Of a DNA stretch of 64,000 nucleotides, positions 38,866 to 48,815 are shown piece by piece (within the stretch, counting starts at the first letter, position 1; each line of letters opens with the position of its first letter). Origin of the DNA: Infirmifilum sp. (GTDB taxonomy: Archaea > Thermoproteota > Thermoprotei > Thermofilales > Thermofilaceae); assembly GCA_041287245.1 (NCBI GenBank), contig JBEULP010000003.1, positions 96,001-160,000 on the forward strand. The letters are read 5' to 3'. Both the position numbers and the translations under genes were made by a program. The notes below the pieces were generated by a model. That model did no database searches, had not been told where the DNA came from, and saw only the letters and a list, made by a program, of their open reading frames with translations.

Positions 38866-40260
38866 CTAGATTCTCTCTAAGAGCTTGTCTATAGTCTTTT
38901 CATCTATTAGGGCTCCTCCGGCAGAAGGGTGGCCACCCCCAATGAACCCTAGTTCGCGAGAGAGTTTCTGCAAAAGGGTTCCAATGTCAACGTTGTCGTC
39001 GATTTTTCTAAAGGATATCTTATATTTACCTTTATCTGTCGGCGATGCTACTCCTATGATCTTCTTTTCAGAGTTCTTTAAGCTAGAGGCGAACTCATTC
39101 GCTATGATTGAGCTTATCGGTCCAGTTAGCTTGGGTAGAGGGTCTTCTAGAAAATAGATAATAGTAAACTTACCATGTCTTGTAATACTCTCTTGGTTTT
39201 CAAAAATACGGGATAACTGTCGAGCTAAGAGCCGTCGATACTCTTTTATGCTGTCCTCGGCTCTCGCGATGTACCTTCCTCTGTGCCCCAGGTTCAAGGA
39301 AATTGCTGTACCATAGTGGTCTAGCCTACCCAATGCGTTGAGGGTAAATGCGTATTCGCGGAGGTTCTTTAGAGGGCTTGACTCAGGTTCGCGAACAATA
39401 TAATAATTGTATCCGAAGATCTTTTCAGCCTCCTTGACATTTACTCCCTGGCTAATCATATACTTTATAAGCTCCGAGGCCAGGTGTTTGATTTCATCGG
39501 AGGTAAGGGTAGCAACTATCCGTGCAGCACTACCTGTCTTCGGTGGGATCCCTATTTTTTCCAGAAATTTTATGCATGCTGAGGGGTTCCCGCTGAGACC
39601 TGGAATAAAAGGTTCCATTGTTGACGCTAAGGCTTCGACTATCGGCCTATTCTTGGTGCCGAAGAGTCTTAAGGAAACTGATTCCTCAATAATTCCAAGC
39701 CTCTTACCTATTTCAAGGACTTCCTTGTTTAAGCCTATGAGTGAGAACCTTTCACCAACGTCAAGCCTGTCTCCGAGGGCACCAGCAATTGCTGCTGGAA
39801 GTAACGCTTTATTTTCACCCATCAGCATCCTGAGAATACTATATGAAAGAGTAGACGAGCTTGTGTGCGTTGAAGCATCTAAACCAATATTATATGGGTT
39901 GATTTCGATCAGATTTTCCCAGACGTTTTGCGTAGGCACATGGTGGTCGACTATAAGCACATTTTTTCCGGAAACGAATTGTCTGAGTATGTCCTTATAA
40001 CCGCTTCCGAGGTCGAGAAACGCTATCGAGTTGTAATCCTCGAAGGGTAGGTCTTCTAGGGTGTCAGGATAAGTTTGCTCAACAAAGACTAGATGAAAAG
40101 GTATTTCAAGCTTAGAGAACAACGATGAAAATATTGATGCTGAGGAGAGACCATCAGCATCGTAGTGAGATATAACAAGCACCGGTTCTTCCTTTTGTCT
40201 TAGGTACTCGAAAAATACCTTAGCCTGAGAGACTAGCTCTTGCAGCGTAACAGTAGTCAT
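38866..40260 (-). CDS. RecJ/Cdc45-like DHH protein (GAN-type)
   Basis: HYDADG, DLG, DHH, GALGD, GGGH; downstream of rps15. Confidence 0.88.
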   Translation of the reverse strand: MTTVTLQELVSQAKVFFEYLRQKEEPVLVISHYDADGLSSASIFSSLFSKLEIPFHLVFVEQTYPDTLEDLPFEDYNSIAFLDLGSGYKDILRQFVSGKNVLIVDHHVPTQNVWENLIEINPYNIGLDASTHTSSSTLSYSILRMLMGENKALLPAAIAGALGDRLDVGERFSLIGLNKEVLEIGKRLGIIEESVSLRLFGTKNRPIVEALASTMEPFIPGLSGNPSACIKFLEKIGIPPKTGSAARIVATLTSDEIKHLASELIKYMISQGVNVKEAEKIFGYNYYIVREPESSPLKNLREYAFTLNALGRLDHYGTAISLNLGHRGRYIARAEDSIKEYRRLLARQLSRIFENQESITRHGKFTIIYFLEDPLPKLTGPISSIIANEFASSLKNSEKKIIGVASPTDKGKYKISFRKIDDNVDIGTLLQKLSRELGFIGGGHPSAGGALIDEKTIDKLLERI

Positions 40261-40271
40261 GAAGCCTTAGC

Positions 40272-40718
40272 CTATGTGTAGAGAGCCATTTTCTCAGGTT
40301 CGTATTTCCACTCGGAGGGCAGCACTCCTTCACGCTTATAGTATTTTACAAGTCTGTGAATCTTGCTCTCGGTTAGCTGAAGGCCTCTCTTTGAGTGATA
40401 ATCCTTCGGGTGTTCTTCAAGGTGTCTTCTAATTCGTATTGCCCTTTTAATTAGGTTACTAAGATCCTCGGGTATTTCCGGTGTAAACCCTCTCTCCCGT
40501 AATATCTGAAGTACACTCTTTCCTGTAACGGCTTTGACTAGAGGAATACCGTACTGGTCACGCAAAATGAGCCCAATCATTGAAGGCGGATACCCCTTCC
40601 TGTACAGCGAGACAACTAGCTCCTCAACTTCTTCAACGCGCATGGTAACCCATTCCGGCTTCTTTAACTCCGGAGGTCGTTTGGAGCCTGAACGGCCTTT
40701 TTCCTTGTTCTTTCGCAT
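40272..40718 (-). CDS. rps15: 30S ribosomal protein S15 (S13e)
   Basis: [32 protein letters not shown]. Confidence 0.96.
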   Translation of the reverse strand: MRKNKEKGRSGSKRPPELKKPEWVTMRVEEVEELVVSLYRKGYPPSMIGLILRDQYGIPLVKAVTGKSVLQILRERGFTPEIPEDLSNLIKRAIRIRRHLEEHPKDYHSKRGLQLTESKIHRLVKYYKREGVLPSEWKYEPEKMALYT

Positions 40719-40816
40719 AAATACCTCGGATTAGATTTGATAACGCTGTTTAAAAAATTTCGCTTTGCCTAGTATAGTCTTCTATCCTAGGAAAACATAA
40801 GAGAAAAATACCCTTT

Positions 40817-41257
40817 TTATGGAGTGGCTATAGCTTCTGCAACTGCTTTCTCGGGCGGTATCCAATAGCCCTCGTAGTTTTCGACACCCACTCCCCGCAC
40901 AATCTCTAGAACTGTCATCTTCTTCGCCTTCAAACGGTCCTTCAGCATGTCTAAGCCTTTCCAGGGATCCGTGTGTTCGCCGCAGGTGAAAACGTCGATA
41001 GCGGCGTAACCATACTCTGGCCAAGTGTGTATTGAGATGTGGGACTCTGCTATCAAGACGTAGCCGCTAACTCCATGAGGCTTAAAGCGGTAAAAGTCGT
41101 AGCTTACAACAGTACTGTTTGAAGCTACTGCAGCGTCGATTAACGCTGTGCGCACTATGTCTACATTGTCAAGTGCTATGGGGTCGCACTCGTACATCTC
41201 TACTATTAGATGACGTCCTACTCCTCCTCCTCTCACCCCACGACTCTTGCTCACCAT
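40817..41257 (-). CDS. speD: pyruvoyl-dependent S-adenosylmethionine decarboxylase proenzyme (arginine decarboxylase paralog not excluded)
   Basis: AE-SHISIHTWPE cleavage motif, DVFTCG. Confidence 0.88.
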   Translation of the reverse strand: MVSKSRGVRGGGVGRHLIVEMYECDPIALDNVDIVRTALIDAAVASNSTVVSYDFYRFKPHGVSGYVLIAESHISIHTWPEYGYAAIDVFTCGEHTDPWKGLDMLKDRLKAKKMTVLEIVRGVGVENYEGYWIPPEKAVAEAIATP

Positions 41258-41289
41258 TTCCTTATCAAAGACTAGACGAGTTTTTCAAT

Positions 41290-41898
41290 TTAAATAATTC
41301 CCCCTATCTTCCCTAGGAGAAAATAGTATTTTTCGAGCCATTTTACGCGACCAGGATTGCAATCTATCTCATTATGAGAAATAATTCTTGAAATATTTTC
41401 AACAATTTCATCAACGGTTTTTCCCGTAGTGTCAAGTTCACACACCTTATCTTCACCAAACCTCCTAACAGCCATTATCAAAACATAGTCGAGGATTTCT
41501 GCCTCAACATTTTCCTGAATTTTCGTCTCAGAATAGCCTCGGGCCCTAAGTCTTTCACGTAACAACAAGGGATCAACTCTCAGGACAATGACCTTGGATA
41601 TCTTCTCAACTGGAATTGATTCAACGAGATGAGTATCTATAATTTCGTCACACTTAAGCAGCTTTCTCAGGTATTTCAGGGTTCTAGGGATATCAACCAC
41701 GTAGGAGGCAGTTTGTTCGTCATAGCCCTGGTACAGGCTAGCCTGTTCAATTATTTTTCCGAGATTAAGGTATTCCTTGCCGAGTTTTTTGGCAAGTAGC
41801 TGTGCTACGGTTGTCTTACCAGTGCCAGGTGTCCCGGTAATTAAGATGCACACGGAACTCCCCTCGAGACTCAGCGAATGGGTCAGGCGCGAGCACAT
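41290..41898 (-). CDS. adenylate kinase AK6/Fap7 family
   Basis: ITGTPGTGKT, IDTH, RGYSETKIQENVEAE. Confidence 0.9.
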   Translation of the reverse strand: MCSRLTHSLSLEGSSVCILITGTPGTGKTTVAQLLAKKLGKEYLNLGKIIEQASLYQGYDEQTASYVVDIPRTLKYLRKLLKCDEIIDTHLVESIPVEKISKVIVLRVDPLLLRERLRARGYSETKIQENVEAEILDYVLIMAVRRFGEDKVCELDTTGKTVDEIVENISRIISHNEIDCNPGRVKWLEKYYFLLGKIGGII

Positions 41899-41907
41899 GC
41901 GAGTAGC

Positions 41908-43725
41908 TCATAGCCGTGGCATCATTCCAGCTGTGATTTGCGGTGCAATCATCATGGATACGAGGTTTGCCAGTAGGAGGAGAAAGGCGTGCAGGAAACC
42001 CGCGGAAACTCTCTCGGAGCCAATTTTGCCTGCGGCTAGACCCATCATATAACTGTTGATTATTACAGGCGGTAGAAACATGCCTACAAGCTGTTCTACT
42101 GATATGCTTTGACCGGCGAATTTCATCATGGAGCCCATAAAGCTAACCATTATGAGTACTACAATTGTGATTATCAAGGCTCCTACATACGGCATAAGCA
42201 TTAGAGGCCTTAAAGCGGCCCTCTTTTCTTTTTCAACTTGCTCGAGGGTCTCGGCATAGCTTGCTAAGGCCTCAAGCGTTTGTGGGGTTCCTCCTCCTAC
42301 CTCGATGCTCTCAACCAGAAGGAACATTGAGATTAACGCAAACCAATTTTTCATACCCTTTGAGAATCTCTGGAAGATTTTGCTCAGCGATACACCCCAT
42401 CCCACTTGAGACGCGATGTCCTGCAGGTATGGTGTAAATCTGCCGTAGTCGCGGTCCTTAAGGTTAATTATACAACGCTCAGGCGCCATACCCGTTTTTC
42501 TAACTTCGACGAGGTCGCGGAGAAACCGCGTAAGCCCGTATTGTATACCACCGTACTTTAAAGTTGAGATATTATCCGCGATCATGGAAGGAATGAGTCC
42601 TATGCTTAGAGAGAGTATCATGCCAACTCCGCTCTCATATCCCTTCCCCATTCCAAACCCATTAGTGATTAGTTCGACTAGTGTGACGAAGGGACGGAAG
42701 GTGGATCGGAGAGCCGTTGAAAGGGGCGGCGGAACAATAAAAGGTAGTGTTGTGGCTATGAAGAGAAAGATTGTTAGCGGGATTCCGACTGCAAAGAAGA
42801 TTATGTATGGCATGTTATCATAGACCGGATATTTCGGCTGCATTAGGTCTGCCAAGTATATGAAAAGCCCGGAGAGCATGGGCATTACTATATAGGATAC
42901 TAATATGAATTGGAAGGAGCCTCCCTGCATTCCGAGTCCAGCCTGCGCTAAAGCCATGTTAACCACGTAGAGAACATATATAGTCATGGAAGTTAACAAT
43001 ACGATAGCCATGTAAGACTCCATAAGAGCACCTATCCTTTCCCCAACCATTTTTACTTGAGACACCCTTTCACGGAGCATGACTTCGGTTTGCCTTTGAA
43101 GATAGTGTATAACGTCGCCTCCCGCTCTCAATGTAGCTGCATAGCCGAGCATGAGTTGCTTGTAGCCGTTATGTGGAACCCTCTTAGCGCTTTCCTCTAT
43201 AGCTGTAAGCGGGTCGATACCGAGTGATTTGACGCTTATGAAGAAGCGTGTAGCCTCTTTCTTGATTTCCTGGAAAAGAATCTTAGGAGCTTTCGCCAGT
43301 CTTTCGAAGCTCACATATGGTGATATTCCTCCAGTAGCCATGACAGTTATATACACTGAGAGATAGGGAATTTCAAGATCAAAACGTGAAGCCCTCGATG
43401 ACACCTTCATCCTGGGATAGAAAAGGCTTAGAGCGAAAGTCGTGGATGCCAAGAGTACAGGAGCGAGTATTGAGAGAGAAACTATTTGTAGGAGTCCAGC
43501 TCCAAGGCGGCTCATGAGTAATACTAAGGGGGCATCAAATACGAAGCCTAGGACAAGCATAAGCAGTGAAATGAAGATACATCTGGCGGCGTAGGCGGGA
43601 GGATAAACCTTCATGTCTGCAGATGCTATATCGTTTTTGAGGGGCGGGTAAAGTCTGATTAGTGCCTCACCAGCCCAGCCGAACAGCGCATACGCTATGC
43701 CGTCAAAAGAGGACATGGCTTTCAA
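41908..43725 (-). CDS. type IV pilus membrane platform protein (T2SS-F/TadC family)
   Basis: Two T2SSF repeats (LRAGGD; IEVGGG), many TM helices. Confidence 0.88.
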   Translation of the reverse strand: MKAMSSFDGIAYALFGWAGEALIRLYPPLKNDIASADMKVYPPAYAARCIFISLLMLVLGFVFDAPLVLLMSRLGAGLLQIVSLSILAPVLLASTTFALSLFYPRMKVSSRASRFDLEIPYLSVYITVMATGGISPYVSFERLAKAPKILFQEIKKEATRFFISVKSLGIDPLTAIEESAKRVPHNGYKQLMLGYAATLRAGGDVIHYLQRQTEVMLRERVSQVKMVGERIGALMESYMAIVLLTSMTIYVLYVVNMALAQAGLGMQGGSFQFILVSYIVMPMLSGLFIYLADLMQPKYPVYDNMPYIIFFAVGIPLTIFLFIATTLPFIVPPPLSTALRSTFRPFVTLVELITNGFGMGKGYESGVGMILSLSIGLIPSMIADNISTLKYGGIQYGLTRFLRDLVEVRKTGMAPERCIINLKDRDYGRFTPYLQDIASQVGWGVSLSKIFQRFSKGMKNWFALISMFLLVESIEVGGGTPQTLEALASYAETLEQVEKEKRAALRPLMLMPYVGALIITIVVLIMVSFMGSMMKFAGQSISVEQLVGMFLPPVIINSYMMGLAAGKIGSERVSAGFLHAFLLLLANLVSMMIAPQITAGMMPRL

Positions 43726-43873
43726 TTTAAAATAAACTACTTAAAATTAAGTTTTTTCGCGCACCACCGCTTTCCCAGATTGTTCAGGGTTCGCGCGCTT
43801 ATTGAAAGAGGACTCTTCTTTGAACGCGCGAAATATTAAATAACGGTTTTTCCATTTTTATAACAGTTGTTCG

Positions 43874-45868
43874 ATGTCGAAGGTTAAGCCTAAGAAGTTG
43901 AAGAGTAGGGAGAAAAAGAAGGGGAAGGAAGAGGAAAAGGTTGAGGAGACCGTTGTATATTTTCCTGTTAGAGAGGACTACAAGGTTGTCGAGGAATACT
44001 GGGTTGTCGAGCCGTATGCGAAGGTTAAGATCGTGGAAATCCCTGAGGCTGGCAACCAGCGGGCGTACTTTGTCGAGGAGGTTCAGCTGACAGAGGAGGA
44101 GAGGAAGGCTGCGGAGAAACTCATCGATATTCTCAGCGTGGAACTCGAACCCCCCGTATCATTCGATGTGGATTTGAGGCAGCATGTGATAGAGGAGGCT
44201 AGGCGCTTAGCCGAGAAATACAAGAGGTCTCTGCACGGCATAAGTGAGGAAAGCTGGGGGAAGATAATCTACTATATTGAACGGGATCTAGTGGGTTACG
44301 GGCCCATTGAAGTGTTGATGAGAGACTTCAAGCTCGAGGACATCAGCTGTGACGGTGTAGATAGAGCTATTCACGTGTGGCACCGAGAACATGAAAGCAT
44401 TCCTACAAACATAGTTTTTAGGAGCAGGGACTATTTGAGAGAATTTATAGTAAAGCTTGCACACATGTCCGGTAAGCACATCTCCGCTGCTTTCCCGATA
44501 GTTGACGCGATGCTCCCGGGTAGGCACAGGCTTGCTGCAACGTATGGTGAAGAAGTATCGCCTAGAGGAAGCACTTTTACAATTAGGAAGTTCCGTGAGA
44601 AACCGCTTTCAATAGTGGAAATGATAGAGGGAGGAAACCTCGATGATTGGACGGCGGCATACCTCTGGCTATTAATTGAGAACAGAATGACAGCAATGGT
44701 CATAGGAGCAACAGCCGCCGGAAAGACTACTCTTCTAAACGCAATTGCTAACTTCTTCAAGCCCGGCTTTAAGATAGTAACCATCGAGGAGACACCTGAG
44801 TTGAATCTTCCACACGAGAACTGGGTACAGCTGGTAAGCAGGGAAAGCTATGGTCTTGGCGAGAGTAAAGTAGGAGAGATAACGCTCTACGATCTTGTGA
44901 AGGTGTCGCTAAGGTACCGCCCTGACTATATCATTGTCGGAGAGGTTAGAGGCGAAGAAGCATTCGTATTATTCCAGGCTATGAGCACAGGTCACGGAGG
45001 GATGTCGACGATGCACGCTGATTCGCTTGACCGCGCGGTAAAGAGGCTTACGAGCCCGCCTATGAATGTGTCACCCGCATATATACCCTCGCTGAATATC
45101 GCGCTTCTAAGTGAGAGGACAGTGCTTCCCACAGGCGGCTTCGCCAGACGGGTTAAGCACGTATGGGAGGTTGAGGACTATGAGCGATACAGGGAAATCG
45201 TAAGGTGGGATCCTACCAAAGACGTCCACAAAGTATTAGCTGAGAGTTACCATATTAGACAGATAGCTGAGCGAACAGGTAAAACCGTTCAAGATTTGTA
45301 TAAGGAGATCGAGCGGAGAAGAATAATATTAAAGTGGATGCAGGCTAAGGGAATCAAGGAGACCAAGGAGGTGTTTACAATTATCAATAAGTATTACATG
45401 TATCCTGATGATGTTTACGGAACAGCTTACGCGGACTTGAAAGAGATGAATGCGCTTCCACAGCCTGTAAAGATTACGCCGAAGGTTGAGGTTGAAGCAG
45501 CACCTACACCACGACCCATTGTGGCTAAGCCAGCCCTATCTCAGCCTGCCACAGTACCTCCACAGATAGTTTCTACCATAAAACCCCCAGAGGAAAATAA
45601 TAGTCAAGCCACCGTCGAGCCGGTTCCAGCGATTTCTCCTGAGGGAATCAACATTCTTAAAGCTCTTTCAGTACTCGGGGGAGAGGGTGATCACACTTCT
45701 GTATTTTCGCTGACAGCTCTATCCAGGGAGCAATTCAGTAAGGCCATTGGCGAGCTTACTGGAAAGCGTCTAGTTATACCAACTCTAATCTATGTGGAGG
45801 GCAGACCTGCGGTTGGCTACCGGTTGACTAGTGAAGGAGAGTCAGTTGCTAAGAAACTAGGGAAATAA
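43874..45868 (+). CDS. type IV pilus assembly ATPase (VirB11/TadA family) with C-terminal extension
   Basis: EDISCDG, TIRKF, GATAAGKT, RPDYIIVGEVRGEEA, TGH...TMHA. Confidence 0.92.
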   Translation: MSKVKPKKLKSREKKKGKEEEKVEETVVYFPVREDYKVVEEYWVVEPYAKVKIVEIPEAGNQRAYFVEEVQLTEEERKAAEKLIDILSVELEPPVSFDVDLRQHVIEEARRLAEKYKRSLHGISEESWGKIIYYIERDLVGYGPIEVLMRDFKLEDISCDGVDRAIHVWHREHESIPTNIVFRSRDYLREFIVKLAHMSGKHISAAFPIVDAMLPGRHRLAATYGEEVSPRGSTFTIRKFREKPLSIVEMIEGGNLDDWTAAYLWLLIENRMTAMVIGATAAGKTTLLNAIANFFKPGFKIVTIEETPELNLPHENWVQLVSRESYGLGESKVGEITLYDLVKVSLRYRPDYIIVGEVRGEEAFVLFQAMSTGHGGMSTMHADSLDRAVKRLTSPPMNVSPAYIPSLNIALLSERTVLPTGGFARRVKHVWEVEDYERYREIVRWDPTKDVHKVLAESYHIRQIAERTGKTVQDLYKEIERRRIILKWMQAKGIKETKEVFTIINKYYMYPDDVYGTAYADLKEMNALPQPVKITPKVEVEAAPTPRPIVAKPALSQPATVPPQIVSTIKPPEENNSQATVEPVPAISPEGINILKALSVLGGEGDHTSVFSLTALSREQFSKAIGELTGKRLVIPTLIYVEGRPAVGYRLTSEGESVAKKLGK

Positions 45869-45937
45869 TCACGTATGCTTCTCGCGCGCGATTAGGAAAA
45901 ATTTTTTATTACGCTGCAATCATAAGTCGAGTATAAA

Positions 45938-47041
45938 ATGGAAGATATAGTTTCATTTGTAACGGGAATTAGCGGCAGCGGGCGGCTTGTAAAGCTCCAG
46001 GAGGTTCAATCCCTAAACTCTTCTTTAGCTATCATCGACGTCGGATCGAAGATGTACAGGAAATCCGCTGACCTCGGCATTCAAATTCCAGATGGAAAAA
46101 TCCTCGACATGGATCCATTAGCCCTAGATTATCTTAGAGCTGCCACCTTCGAGGATGTTCTGAGGGAGATTGAAGAGATAAGGAGAAGGGGAGGCGTTGC
46201 TGCCGTAAGCACTCATGTCTCTTTTCGCTGGAAAAAACACCTACTCAGCGCATTCAACTTCCACTATGTAAACAGCCTTAACCCCGACGTTTACATTAAC
46301 ATACTGGACAACGCGCACAACATTTATGTGAATCTCCAACACGAGAGAGCCTGGGCAGGCAGGCTTTCCTTGAAGGAGATTCTAATCTGGAGAGACGAGG
46401 AAGCCTTTATCACACGGATGCTTGCGGAGTACCAGAAGAAGCCTTTTTATCTTTTTCCAAGACGCGAAGATCCCGCCATGCTTGAGAGACTCCTATTTAA
46501 AGTTGAGAGAGCAAGAAAACGGGGTGAAAAACCCCTACCCAAAGCATACCTGAGTTATCCAATAACTCACGTAAAAGGGAACCCAGAGGTCATGAATGCT
46601 AAAGACGAGACAAAGCAAAAATTAAAAGATGCAGGCATCGTAGTCTTTGACCCCATCTCAATTGAGGACTCTATTCTAATCGACATGGTTCATGAAGCTC
46701 GCTCAGCCGGCAAAGATAAGGTAGAAGTAGACGTCGACGGTAAACACGGTGAAATCCAGGTTAATGAGATAATGGACGCTGTAGGAGACATCAAAGACCA
46801 GATTGTTGTCCGTGACTACCAACTGATAAACCAGAGTGATATGATCATCGTCTTCTATCCTACGAAAATGTTATCCCCAGGCGTTTTAAGCGAAATAAAG
46901 TACGGCTACACACACAACAAGGAAGTGTACGCTATATTTCCCTTTGAAGAGTCAAGCCCATTTTTCGAGTACTATACAACTAGACTATTCAAGGATATAG
47001 ACAGCCTCCTGGAATATCTAAGAGAGGCCGAGAAAATATGA
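45938..47041 (+). CDS. P-loop kinase-like / nucleoside 2-deoxyribosyltransferase-like fusion
   Basis: TGISGSGR P-loop, STH, WRDEE; C-terminal YLSYPIT...RDYQLI...SPGVLSE. Confidence 0.65.
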   Translation: MEDIVSFVTGISGSGRLVKLQEVQSLNSSLAIIDVGSKMYRKSADLGIQIPDGKILDMDPLALDYLRAATFEDVLREIEEIRRRGGVAAVSTHVSFRWKKHLLSAFNFHYVNSLNPDVYINILDNAHNIYVNLQHERAWAGRLSLKEILIWRDEEAFITRMLAEYQKKPFYLFPRREDPAMLERLLFKVERARKRGEKPLPKAYLSYPITHVKGNPEVMNAKDETKQKLKDAGIVVFDPISIEDSILIDMVHEARSAGKDKVEVDVDGKHGEIQVNEIMDAVGDIKDQIVVRDYQLINQSDMIIVFYPTKMLSPGVLSEIKYGYTHNKEVYAIFPFEESSPFFEYYTTRLFKDIDSLLEYLREAEKI

Positions 47042-48084
47042 ATGTCAGCCTTGATATTCGAGCCGCGGTTCTCCATGTAGAGGAAACGGCGCAGACCCCC
47101 GAAACAATAGAGAAGAAAATAGCCTCGTTCCTCGAGGGACTCGACCGTTTCACCCAGTCCATAGGGCTTAAAGTAATAAGCAAGAGAATAGTGGCTCCGC
47201 CTGTATTTCTCCATAAGCTTCCTGATGTGTTAGATCTTTTGCTTAACATGGCCGAAGCCCATCATATTAATTACCTGGGCATTCCACTACTAAACGTGGA
47301 GGCAAAAAGTATAGCTGAGTCCTTGGAAACATACCCAAAACTCTACTTATCGGTGGAGTACAACCCAAAGGAAATGCCAGAATACATAAAAACTCTTAGG
47401 CTAATTACTGAGAGCTCTCCACTGCAAGCTACGAAGTTTGCCGTGAGCTTCGGCCCCCAGCCGCAAACTCCATATTTTCCGGTGACACAGTCGGTTAAGG
47501 AGGGAGTAACGCTAAGTCTCTTATACACTCAAATGTTTGAGAACTATACTTCTCAGCAAATTCATAAAACAATAGGAGAAATTCAAGGAGTCGCCAGCCT
47601 TAGCTGGAGCAACTTTCTCGGCATTGACTTCTCGCTCTCCCCCTGGATGGACAATAGCGTCGCGAGGATAATCGAAAAACGATCAGGAGTAATGCTCACT
47701 CTACCAGGCACTGTCGCCGCAATCAGAGAGCTAAACCGTGAGATAGAAGAGCTTGCTAAAGTCTTCAAGAGCACAGGCTTCAACGAGGTTATGCTACCCA
47801 TAGCAGAGGATAACAGACTGAAGGAGCTTGTCAAAAACGGGACATTAAAGTTAAGTCATCTCATAAATTACTCAACATATTGTGTAGCCGGGCTCGACAT
47901 GGCTGTTATTCCCGATACCACAGAAGATAATATTTTAGCGGGAATTCTCAACGATCTGTGGCACATCTACCTTTTAAAGAGAAAAACGATAGGCATGCGG
48001 CTAATCCTAGCTCCAGAGGAAGAAGGCGGAGAAATCGACCTCGGAATATTTGGGAAGACGCCGGTTATTTCACCCCTATCATGA
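47038..48084 (+). CDS. DUF711-family protein
   Basis: TPYFP, GIDFSLSPW, GFNEVMLP, CVAGLDM. Confidence 0.8.
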   Translation: MNVSLDIRAAVLHVEETAQTPETIEKKIASFLEGLDRFTQSIGLKVISKRIVAPPVFLHKLPDVLDLLLNMAEAHHINYLGIPLLNVEAKSIAESLETYPKLYLSVEYNPKEMPEYIKTLRLITESSPLQATKFAVSFGPQPQTPYFPVTQSVKEGVTLSLLYTQMFENYTSQQIHKTIGEIQGVASLSWSNFLGIDFSLSPWMDNSVARIIEKRSGVMLTLPGTVAAIRELNREIEELAKVFKSTGFNEVMLPIAEDNRLKELVKNGTLKLSHLINYSTYCVAGLDMAVIPDTTEDNILAGILNDLWHIYLLKRKTIGMRLILAPEEEGGEIDLGIFGKTPVISPLS

Positions 48085-48294
48085 GCGTACACCTGTACTT
48101 GTTAAACACATAATAAGAGTAACCCTTATTGGCCTTCTAGTTCTGCTCTCAAGCGCTTTATCTTCTCTATTAGCTCTTAAAACTTTTCTCTGGATACTCC
48201 ATGCCTGTGGAATGAGCCTTAACCTTAAGGTAAGCGCATGAAGCCTTTTACATCGAAACTAATTTATCTCCCCTAACAAACACACTATATGCAC

Positions 48295-48381
48295 GCCGGG
48301 GTGGCCGAGCGGCCCAAGGCGACGGATTGCTAATCCGTTACCCGAAAGGGTACCCGGGTTCAAATCCCGGCCCCGGCGCCA
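48295..48381 (+). tRNA. tRNA-Ser(GCU), encoded CCA
   Basis: GCCGGGG acceptor, ACGGA-TTGCTAA-TCCGT, long variable arm, G73-CCA. Confidence 0.93.
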
Positions 48382-48462
48382 TTCTATCTTTTTATATCTC
48401 CATAAAGCATGGATGTTATGCGAGCGTCTTTCTCATGAGTTAAGCGAAGAGGTTTAGAAGTA

Positions 48463-48602
48463 CTGCACCCGAGCCTTTTGAACCACCGTTGGAGACTGCA
48501 GCATATTGCTGCAGTTACCTCCGGGTTATGAGCCCGGCGGGATGCCTGGCTTCCCCACCCCGCTCCTGGTAGCGGGGGGTGGACTTTCAGGCCCGGGTGC
48601 AG
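48463..48602 (-). tRNA. circularly permuted initiator tRNA-Met(CAU) precursor with 47/48 intron
   Basis: 3' half (nt 60-73, 48583-48570) precedes 5' half (AGCGGGG..., 48564-48477); 13-bp leader/trailer helix forms a BHB at 59/60; 28-nt BHB intron 48489-48516. Confidence 0.92.
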
Positions 48603-48815
48603 CAAGTAGATATATAGCAAGCCTGATTTAAGCGTTACGCATCGGAATGTTGTTTGGTGCCCCCTCCCATCTGCCTCCTTTCGGAGGTGTTCCGGTCATA
48701 GAGGGCGCTTTTTAGTTTTGTTTTTCACTATTTGAATCTTTTGGAATCATAGATTAATATGGTTTCGTAGGAATGAAAAGTTTTAAACGGGGTAGACCTT
48801 TTTGTTCTGACAAGT

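Noticed and set aside
48050..48241. 63-aa hydrophobic ORF
   Set aside because: Start overlaps DUF711 out of frame with no SD or motif; cannot be supported, though not excluded
48384..48620. ORF-track calls overlapping tRNA loci (also 15699-15908 and 38520-38711)
   Set aside because: Explained by GC-rich tRNA sequence
48657..48708. SECIS element on the minus strand (ATGA...GAAA...GA)
   Set aside because: Helix II is asymmetric, G-U pairs favour the + strand, and no in-frame UGA selenoprotein was seen nearby
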